Positions 1 through 9,300 of a DNA stretch of 52,579 bases are shown here, piece after piece. The notes beneath the pieces were generated by a model that was not told the DNA's origin, ran no database searches, and saw only the letters and a list, made by a program, of their open reading frames with translations. The DNA lies in IMG/VR virus record IMGVR_UViG_3300009786_000016, positions 1 through 52,579 of that record; one strand, 5' to 3'. This DNA comes from a virus (taxonomy: Duplodnaviria > Caudoviricetes). The translations under genes and the position numbers were made by a program. Within the stretch, counting starts at the first letter, position 1; each line of letters opens with the position of its first letter.

Positions 1-2
1 CT

Positions 3-1412
3 GTGGTACCAGAATGGCTATCAACTCTACCTACAGCTCAGAGCTTAGAAATGGGAGTTACACCTGTTGCTAGTTCAAATAGTAGCTGGAGAGCAGAGAA
101 AAAGTATAGAGCCAAAAGAGGTGCGACAAGAAAAGCAGAAATAGATAAGGCGACTGCTGTACGACACGCAGAACGCATTAGGATGGTACACGATGCTAAA
201 AGGAGACCTAATCCGCAGGGAATGATGAGTCTACGTCAAATGGCTGAATCACCAAGAGGTAGTGAGGCTAAACAATTAAGCACATTATTAGAGACTAGTA
301 CTCTCGATGATTTAAAAATGTCTCATCCAGTTGCATATGAGACTATGAAGAAGAGATATGGGTTTGGTTTTGAGTCTTCATCCTTTAAACAGAATGAGGC
401 TATGGATAGAGCTGAGCAGAAAACGGCAGATAAGGTCAAAGCTACAGCCAAGCACGGTAAAGAATATAACGATTTAATAAGTAGAGCTAAGGAAGTTAGT
501 GCTCAAGGTGAAGAGTTACGAGGAGAACAAGCCTTCGAAGAGCAGATGCAGACAGAAAAAGATATGATGAAGAAAGCTCAGTGGACATCAAATCTAGGCT
601 TACCGGGATGGGAGAATGACCAGCCTCGTAAAATAGCTAATCAGATGATTGCAGGAATGATGTCTAATAACGGTGTTGAGCAGAAATGGGTTGATGGTGA
701 ATATGACGATGCTCAAAAGGAACAATTCCAATATGATAAAAATGACCTTACTGGGAATTTCCAATCCTATGTAGATAGTGTTCTTACTACAGGTGGTACT
801 AATATGAAAGACCGTACCGATGAGAGTAGGAAAGGGAATAGGGCTTTCAGAACTTCAACAGGTCATCTTACAGGATATTACAAATCTGGACCACAACCAA
901 CACAGGGTGAAAGACAAATAACCACTGAAGAGATGAAAGAACGAGCTCAGAATCTTAGAGCCCTAGTTCACTCATCTGTTGACATAAAAGGTATCTATAA
1001 TGTAGATAACAATCCAACTGGGGTTTCTCCAGAGCAACTTTCAGAAATGAATGCTGTTATTGATGATGGTCTACAATGGAATTTACAAGGTCGTGAAACT
1101 GCATCAGAAGGAGAGTATCGCAAAAGTCAAGGTGATTTGACTGCCGCTGAAGTAAATTATGAAGCTAAACAAAAGATAGAAAAAGCTAAAAAAGACAATG
1201 AGATAGCGGCGGCGGCAAGGCAAGCGGCTATAGACAATATGCAGACACCTGAAGAGAAAAAAGGTGAAAGCGTAAGGAGTAGGCTGAAAAGTGCGGCTGG
1301 CTCTTTATTGTTTGGTCAGAGAGGTGGTTCTGTCGGATTTCAAGAGGGTGGTAATGTATCACTTAATAATTCAAGAAGATTATATAATGTAGCACGGAGG
1401 AAGTATGCCTGA
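3..1412 (+). CDS. Putative internal virion/ejection protein, 5'-truncated
   Basis: Frame is open from the window edge. Low-complexity Q/E/K/A-rich helical protein two genes upstream of the giant RNAP gene. C-terminal GQRGG/FQEGG motifs are shared with the ORF at the other window end. Confidence 0.5.
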   Translation: MVPEWLSTLPTAQSLEMGVTPVASSNSSWRAEKKYRAKRGATRKAEIDKATAVRHAERIRMVHDAKRRPNPQGMMSLRQMAESPRGSEAKQLSTLLETSTLDDLKMSHPVAYETMKKRYGFGFESSSFKQNEAMDRAEQKTADKVKATAKHGKEYNDLISRAKEVSAQGEELRGEQAFEEQMQTEKDMMKKAQWTSNLGLPGWENDQPRKIANQMIAGMMSNNGVEQKWVDGEYDDAQKEQFQYDKNDLTGNFQSYVDSVLTTGGTNMKDRTDESRKGNRAFRTSTGHLTGYYKSGPQPTQGERQITTEEMKERAQNLRALVHSSVDIKGIYNVDNNPTGVSPEQLSEMNAVIDDGLQWNLQGRETASEGEYRKSQGDLTAAEVNYEAKQKIEKAKKDNEIAAAARQAAIDNMQTPEEKKGESVRSRLKSAAGSLLFGQRGGSVGFQEGGNVSLNNSRRLYNVARRKYA

Positions 1413-3351
1413 GATAGCTAGGCTCAATCTAACTGGTCCAGCCTATGACCCAATGAAGGGTCGTGACCAAGAATCTATGTCCGACAAGATACGGAAGAAC
1501 AGTCAGGCTGTAATGGCACAGGCTCTAGCCGCTTATCAGATTCAAGGGGCAAGACATAAAGAAGAACAATATCAAGTTATGCAAAGAACAGACGAGTTCC
1601 TTGCCCATAACGGGAAAGACTTCTTTAATAATCGGGCAGATGTTACTAATCCAGATACTTGGGCATTTACAGACCCCAATAAACGTGCAGATATGTTATC
1701 TAAGTGGAAATCGCAAGTAGGTGGTAACTACGCAGGGTTTAGTAAGGCATATGAGATGGCAAAGCAGAATGAGATGGACTCTATGGCTAAGAATATGCTT
1801 AGAGGTAGAGCCGGCTATAGGACTGATAAAGAATTTGCTAGAAATTTTGCAGGAGATTTTGATAAACTCACTGATAAGCAGAAGACAACTGTGATGGAAA
1901 ATGTAAGTCCTGATGTTTATACTCAGCTTATGACTATCTATACTAAAGGTGGCGGTGGTGCTCAAGGTTCAGATGAAGTAGAAGGTATCTTCGGTTTTCA
2001 TCTAGAGAATGACATAGCTGATATGTTAGTTGAGAACTTTGATATAGAACGTGAAGATGTTACGGGATGGATGAAAGCAGAGACTTTTATTCCAGAACAC
2101 TGGAGAGATGGCTATAGAGCCGCCAGAAATCAGGACTTATCTGAATTCTCCGATGATGAGGACTGGAATTACAAGCAACATTGGGCTCAGATTCCTGCAC
2201 TTGCCGCAGAAGCATTTATAATAGGTAAGGGTGGTATGAAATTATGGAGTAAGGTATTTAAGGGTAGCGTAGATGATGTTGTTAAAGAGGGGAGTAAAGG
2301 TAAAGGTGGTGCTGGTAAAGGTGGCACTTCTGCCGAAATAAAAGCCAAAGCAATGGGTAAGTCCGAGATAAAGACAGCCCAAGGTCAGATTGATGCGTAC
2401 AAAGATGAAATGAAAATCTCTGACTTTTCTAAGCACGGGAAGAGTAAGTGGTTTAAGGCAAAGGCTCCTGACCCTAAACAATATGATGATGTAGGAAAAT
2501 GGGCTAAGGACTTTAAAGACTGGAAGGTAGCTAATGGTTTACCAAAGAATGTGCCAGCGAAGATTGACCCGACTAAGACAACGGCAGGTAAGAAAATTGA
2601 AAAGAAGAAAGCTGAGGCTAAGAAGACAGAAACTAAACCACCTAAAGACCCCAAAGGTGGTGGAGGAAGTCAAAGTGGTGGAGGTCAGCCCGGTGGAACT
2701 CCAGTAGCTAATGAATCTGCGGCTACCTTAAATTTAGGTGGAGCCTCTAAGGTATTACCTAAGTCTCAGATATCTGCGGCAGAGAAAGAAATTGCTTCAA
2801 AGCTTTCTTCAGGGAATATAGATGCTGGTGAAGCAAAAGCTATGAGAGATGCCCTAAAGAAAGTAGCAGAATCTGGAGATGAGATAACAGATGCCGCACT
2901 TAAAAAACAATTACTAAAAGCTGGTAAACAGAGTAAGGGTCTCTTGAATAGGATAGCGAGAGGTAGCTTAAAATTTGCAGTTATTCCAATGGCGGCAACA
3001 TCAGCAGGAGCGTTTGCTTTCCAAGGTGTTGGCTCAGCCCTCGGTGGAGATACAGCAGGAGAAGTAGCAGGTGTAGTCGGTGGAAGTGCTTCAGGTATAG
3101 CCGCTTATGGTGCTACTGATATGCTTAAAAGAGCATATAATAAGCACGGTTCAGCTTGGATAATGAAGAAAATTGTATCAAAAGGTGGACCAGCACTAGC
3201 GGCAAGAATGGCGGCTAAGGGTCTTTTAGGCGGTGCTTCTGGAATGATGAGTGGCGGTTTAGGGATGGCTTTGTTTGCTGGTTTTATGGCTACCGATATA
3301 CACAGTATATATCAAATATTACAACAGGCAGAAGACGCAGGAGAACTTTAG
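1405..3351 (+). CDS. Putative ejection (DNA-pilot/internal virion) protein
   Basis: 648 aa with a Gly/Lys-rich linker and Gly/Ala-rich hydrophobic C-terminal helices typical of injected membrane-channel proteins. GGAGG SD upstream; its stop abuts the RNAP start. Confidence 0.5.
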   Translation: MPEIARLNLTGPAYDPMKGRDQESMSDKIRKNSQAVMAQALAAYQIQGARHKEEQYQVMQRTDEFLAHNGKDFFNNRADVTNPDTWAFTDPNKRADMLSKWKSQVGGNYAGFSKAYEMAKQNEMDSMAKNMLRGRAGYRTDKEFARNFAGDFDKLTDKQKTTVMENVSPDVYTQLMTIYTKGGGGAQGSDEVEGIFGFHLENDIADMLVENFDIEREDVTGWMKAETFIPEHWRDGYRAARNQDLSEFSDDEDWNYKQHWAQIPALAAEAFIIGKGGMKLWSKVFKGSVDDVVKEGSKGKGGAGKGGTSAEIKAKAMGKSEIKTAQGQIDAYKDEMKISDFSKHGKSKWFKAKAPDPKQYDDVGKWAKDFKDWKVANGLPKNVPAKIDPTKTTAGKKIEKKKAEAKKTETKPPKDPKGGGGSQSGGGQPGGTPVANESAATLNLGGASKVLPKSQISAAEKEIASKLSSGNIDAGEAKAMRDALKKVAESGDEITDAALKKQLLKAGKQSKGLLNRIARGSLKFAVIPMAATSAGAFAFQGVGSALGGDTAGEVAGVVGGSASGIAAYGATDMLKRAYNKHGSAWIMKKIVSKGGPALAARMAAKGLLGGASGMMSGGLGMALFAGFMATDIHSIYQILQQAEDAGEL

Positions 3352-6300
3352 ATGGCATTAATCCCACCTGAAGGATGGGAACCCAAAGGAGACCAGAAGT
3401 CTATAAGGGATGCTGTTTTCAAATATCGTACGAATCCAGAGTTGTTCGATGAGGATTCTGTTGATGACTTAGAAACTAACGCATCTCATTTTAGGATACC
3501 CTTTGCTCGTAGTGAAGAGCATCAGGATGCCGCAATATTCCGCTTTATTAAACAAGCCGCACAGGGTTGGTCTGAAGGCTTTACAACACTCCCCCCAGAA
3601 AAACTAGGATTCGGTTCTGAACCAAAAACAACAGGTGAAGGAATTGCTAGAAACCTAGGACACCTTGCTGGTTTTATAGGCTATCTACCGGGTAGAAGAT
3701 GGATGCCTGCACTTAAAGCTCTACAGGGTAGAAGCGTACCTATGGCTGTAGCTGGTGCTGTACAGAGGAGAGTAGTAAAGAAAGTCAATCCTATGCTTAA
3801 AGAGATGGGACCTTGGGCTTTAAAGGCGTCAAAAGGTAATCTATTAAGTGATATGGCATCTGGAGCATTCCATTTAGGTGTTGCTAGTGGCGTAAGTAGT
3901 TGGACTCACGGTGTAGATGAGATTATAAAAAGCTCTATGTATGGTGCTGGATTTGGAGCCGCCTTTAGAGGGATAGGAAATCTTCCCGGATTTGGGAACA
4001 AATTGAAAGCTGGTAGTCAGATAGATATGGCAACTGGGATGCCTGTATTAAAGACATTATCACCGGGACAAAAGGCAGACTTAGGTATAAGGACTATGGC
4101 TGGCTCAGTGTTCCAAGGATTGCCGTCTACATTACAGGGGGCTACTACAGAAGAGCAGGTATATAACTATATAATGGGTGGATATTTCGGGTTAAAAGAA
4201 CAGCCATTCCAAACTAGAAAAAGTAGAGAATTCCTTATTAAGTCGATGAAGGACAAGACGGGTCCTATACCTAAAGAGCACCCTGAGTATGAAGGGTTGA
4301 CTGAATTTATGAAAGAGATTGTCGACAGAGACCATATGGAGTTCTTTGGTCCCGAAGAAAGTCGGAATATGACATATGATTTATTGTCTGGTGGTCGCTT
4401 AGATATTGAAGATATTGAAAAACTCGCAGAGAATAATGATGTTGACCTTGAAGGCATTAAGGTAGACCCAGTTACTGGTGAGAAATATGATGCCATAACT
4501 AGAGACACTATTCAGAAATACAGAGATGACCTTGTGGAGAAAGGGGCTTATGAGGATATGGGCGAACTAGATTCTCACATCGCCAAGATAGAAGACTTAG
4601 CTAAATCTGGACAACCCTTGGTTAGTTTTGTACAGACGCATTTAAAAGGTAATTGGGAAAAAGAAGACCATCCTGAAATTGCAATGATGAAGATAGCGGC
4701 TGATGTAAATCAAGTATGGAAAGGATTGCATTACACAGCTAAAGACGGATACTCAAGACCTAAGAAGAATGCAAATAAAGAGATGGAAGAGTATTTTGCA
4801 GAGACTCACGGAACAACTTTAAACGAAGAGCAGTCCGGTTGGTGGAGAGCTTTTTATGAACAGAATCGTCGTAAGAAGCCTGTGCAACTACTTACTATGG
4901 AAGATGGTGTTATCAAGTTTATGGATGGTCCAACTAACGCACTCGGCAATAGAAAGGATTTACACTTTGAACCACCACTTATTGAAGGGCTTTTTAAGAG
5001 AGAAAGAGCAGAGACTGGTAATAAACTAGACGAACCTTTCTATACCTACCTTGACCATATGATATTTAAGGGCAGGGAGTATGAGCTTTTTAAAGCCCCT
5101 AAAGACTTAGCTAGGGATATGTTCCAAGCTGAACGAAATAAAGAAGAGAATTCTGACTTTACTAACTATGAATTACGCCAGTATTTAGAGAAGAAAGCTA
5201 AAGGCATAATAGATAAGTCTATTGGGCAAAGTATTCAAGAGTTAAATAGTCACGGTTATTATTACCTAGGTGGTAAAGGCGATGCAAAAAGGATGTATTT
5301 TGTTAAGTACCATCCTAAGCTTAAGAACAATGACCCTTTCTTTAAGAATACTAAAAAACTTATTAAGGAAGCTTATGGTAAACTTCCTAAAGACCACCCT
5401 AACTATATGACTGGTGAACAGTGGGATAAGTATTATAAAAGCGGGAAACAAAGATTCTTAAAGTCTCTAGCTCTAGGTGCTAAAGACGGAGAACGTATCT
5501 ATGATAAAAGTATGCTTTCAAATTACCTGTATGATATTACCTTTAATGGATTTGAAATAAAGCCTAATAACGCACAGGATTTATATAGCTCTACTTCTCT
5601 AAGTGAAGGTTTCCAGAAGGTTATTGGTAGTGGATATATAAATAATGCTAAGGGATATAATAAGAGAGCCCAGATTTGGTTTAACACAGGGTTAAGTGCA
5701 ACTCCAGAGTATATTTCTGAAAGAGTTCTAGACACTGACGGTAGGGCGTTCAATGTTCGGATATTTTCAGAAGCAAAGACTCCGCAAGACGCAGATGGGC
5801 GTGTTGAAGTTGGAAGGCTACTTAACTCTGAACAAGCAGAAAGTACCGATGGTGGTTTAATCGGTAGAAGTGATGTCGTAGATAGCCTAAATAGTGATAA
5901 AGGACTACCTACCTCAGGTGGTGTCAATAAATCTTTTATCGTGTCTCCTGACCCCAAGGATGGGGCTCTATTGGGTAAGTATATGATTCATACGGCAAGT
6001 CCAGAGCTTGAAAAGTGGATGCACGAAGAAAATGTACATATTTTAGCACCTGAGAGTGGTATAAAACAACTAGGAGAAAGAGTCCCAGAGTCTTTAAAAT
6101 ATGACGAAAGTACAGATACTTGGGATATGCCTCTGAAAGATTATAAGGTGCCTATATATGCTTTTAGAACTATTATGTCTGAAAAGACTAGTGAAAAGTA
6201 TATCAAGCCCCAGAATTTACCGAAGCAGATGTATAGTACATTAAGTGCCTTTGGTTCTGTTGATGGTTCCTCTGATGTTATTAAAGCTATGTATGCAGAT

Positions 6301-9300
6301 TTATCTCGGTCTGCAATGTTGGGAACACCTGAAGCTAATGAATTAATTAGGAAGTGGGAGAAGTCACCTAAGAACGAGACGGCAGAGGCATTATCTGAGA
6401 AATTAGATGAGATTCCAATTCCTAAATTGATGTCTCTTCTTAGAGACCCAAATGGGGTAAACTTAGCAACTAAACTATATAAAAAGTTGTTACGACACAA
6501 TGACGATATGTTAGCTGGTCTAGCAGAAGAAGGTGAGATTAGCAAGGACCAGTACGCTAAAGAAAGTAAGGTTAATCAAGAGTTCTCAACAGCATTAGAT
6601 AGACTTCTTCAGTTATATCCAGAAGGGAATATTGGAGCTTACTTACATAAGTTCTCTAGAGATTACCGAATGGTAGCTATTAGGAACTTCATTGTTAATA
6701 GACTTACAAGACCTAAGATTGATAATAGTGCTGTTTCTAGAATGAGACCTATGGACCCAGCTTGGTTAGTTAAGGACGAGCACGGTCAGTATAAGTATCC
6801 AATGGGTGAGCTAGAGGTCAGGGATGATATATTTTTCTTAGACAATGGTATGAAGCAGAAGATAATAAGAGACCCTGTATTAATTAAAGGTAGAGAGAGA
6901 CTTGGGCATATCTGGGAAGACTTAAAGGGTGGCAAGTATGAGAAGAATAAAGACTACGTAGAAGAGATATTTAACTCAGCCGTTATGCGTGTGCCTATGG
7001 ATAGTATGAGTGGTACAAATATATTAAAGTTTAAAGGTTTTACTGGTGTAAAAGGATATGGTGTCTTACTCCACTCTAGAGCTATGAGAGCCTTAGGTGG
7101 TGCAGACCTTGATGGAGACAAAGCTTTTATATTCTTTGGTGGTGAAGGTGGACTAAAGAAAGAGTATAAGGATATGTATGGCTCACAGAGAGAAGAATTC
7201 ACCGCAATAGGTCGTGATGCGATAGGTAACAAAGTACATCTTGAAACCCACAATAAGAATGAGAAAGATTTATTAGAACCGGGCTCTCTAAGAGAGCAGT
7301 TTATTAAGAACGACCCAGAGATTAAAGCAGAAGGTAATACCCCCTATTCATATTATGACCCATACTGGCGTCACTTTATGAGTGAAGGAGCCGCTACTGG
7401 TCGTGATGTCCTAGGACTTGCTGTTACACAGAGAAGTGCTATTATAGGTGCTTATAATGCTATACGTGGCTATACCGGTAAAGAGTCTGCTGAATTTATG
7501 GTTACTCTAACAAACTCAGATGGGATTGAACTAAAGAATAAAAAAGGTGGTATTAGGAAAGCGACTGCTTGGTTGAAGGATGGAGTTTTCAGTATGCCTT
7601 TTGCTGATAAAAATGGCAATATTATGAGGGTGGAGTTCAAAACAAAGACTGATGCAAAATCATTAAGAGCCTTTAGACAAAGAGCTAGGACACTGATAGC
7701 TCTAGGCTCTGACCCTATGGATGAAGCTGGGTTACAGGACCCAATGACATTCTCTAAGAAGCTTATGGACCCCTTGTTTGAATATACAGTTAGGAGTCAG
7801 AAAGGTCAGGTAAGTAAAGTAGATAAGTGGTGGACTACTGCTTTAAGGTCAGGAGACCCAAAGGCACAGCACTTAGTTGGTCGTGGATTACAAAGACTTT
7901 TTGCTAAAGTTAACAGTGTAGTGTATAGTAAGAATTATCAAGAGAATAGAAGGTGGTCTTTTGCAGAGATACAAGCCGCTACACACTCATTGGACTTTCT
8001 ACCAGAACAGTCTCGTAATACACTACTACCTATGTTAAGTAAAGATATTGCTGGACTTAACTGGACTGATAATATGTTTAGAAGGGTTGACTTCCCTATG
8101 CTAAAAGCTCTTTATCTAGAACATCAAGATACAGCAAAGAAAGAAGATTGGATGAAAGAAGTCTTAGATAGGAAGACCCTTGGTACTCCTATGGGTAAAT
8201 TAATCGAAATGATTATGGAAAGGAAATTATATACCCCAGATGGTGCGGAAAAGTTAAGCAGAGATAAAGAAGGGTTTGAGAAACTAATAGATGAAAAGTA
8301 TGGTAAAGCTAAGGGTGCGGATGGAAAATACTATGACCTATATACTGTTGGAGAAATACCTTGGGGATTTAGACCAAGGAAGACAGGTAATCCTGACTAT
8401 AGGCGTGCATTTATTGAGCATTTAGTATTGAAAGCAGAAGACTATATTGTGAATGACTTGTCAGATATGGTCACACTTAAAAGAATTACTGAAATTATTA
8501 AGAAGAATAAACTCTCGAACTCTGAAGTTTCAGAGCTCCATAAAATGTCTGAGTATATAAAAGACCTCCATTATATGAAATCTAGTATAAGGAAGTCGAA
8601 TGAAGGAGAAACGAAAGACTTCGCTTGGAGAGAAGAAGCTCCCGAAGGCATTAAAATCGAAGATTTTGCAGACTCTAATATGGCTCAAGATAAAAGTTCT
8701 GTTAAAGCTGACCAAATTATTATAGACCAGCAGATTAGAGAGTATAAGAAAGATATGTCTGCGGCGAAAGAGGAACTATTTGACACTTTCTTACTTGGAA
8801 CCTTTCAACGTGGTAATACTAATAAGGTACAGGAGCTTAGGTCCCAGAGATACCTTGCTCCACAAGAACAGGAGATATTAGAGCTTCTAGAGAAGCAGTC
8901 TAAAAATACAGCTCTGTCTAGAGTAGCTCTAAATAGTCCTAGCGTTGCGGATATTAACATTCGCAGGTTCTTTGAAGAATACAACAACCTATTTAAAAAA
9001 GTAGGTGGAGATGGAAAGGTTGATTTAGATGCCCTTAGTGATGGTATAGTAGCTAAAGAAAAGGTTGTTAATCTTAAAGATGGTGATGGTAAGAGATGGG
9101 AAGGTCAGATTATAGAAGAAGCTGACTTAAGTTCGAAAGACAATAAATATCTAGATGAAGTTGAACCATTTAGGGGACTGACTAAGGGGGCTATAAAAGA
9201 CCCAGAGTTAAAGGAAATTTACTTAGATTTAAAAGCACATCTTGAAACTACGCTACATAATTCTGATGCTAAGAATATTAACTTCTTGTTTAGAGGTATT

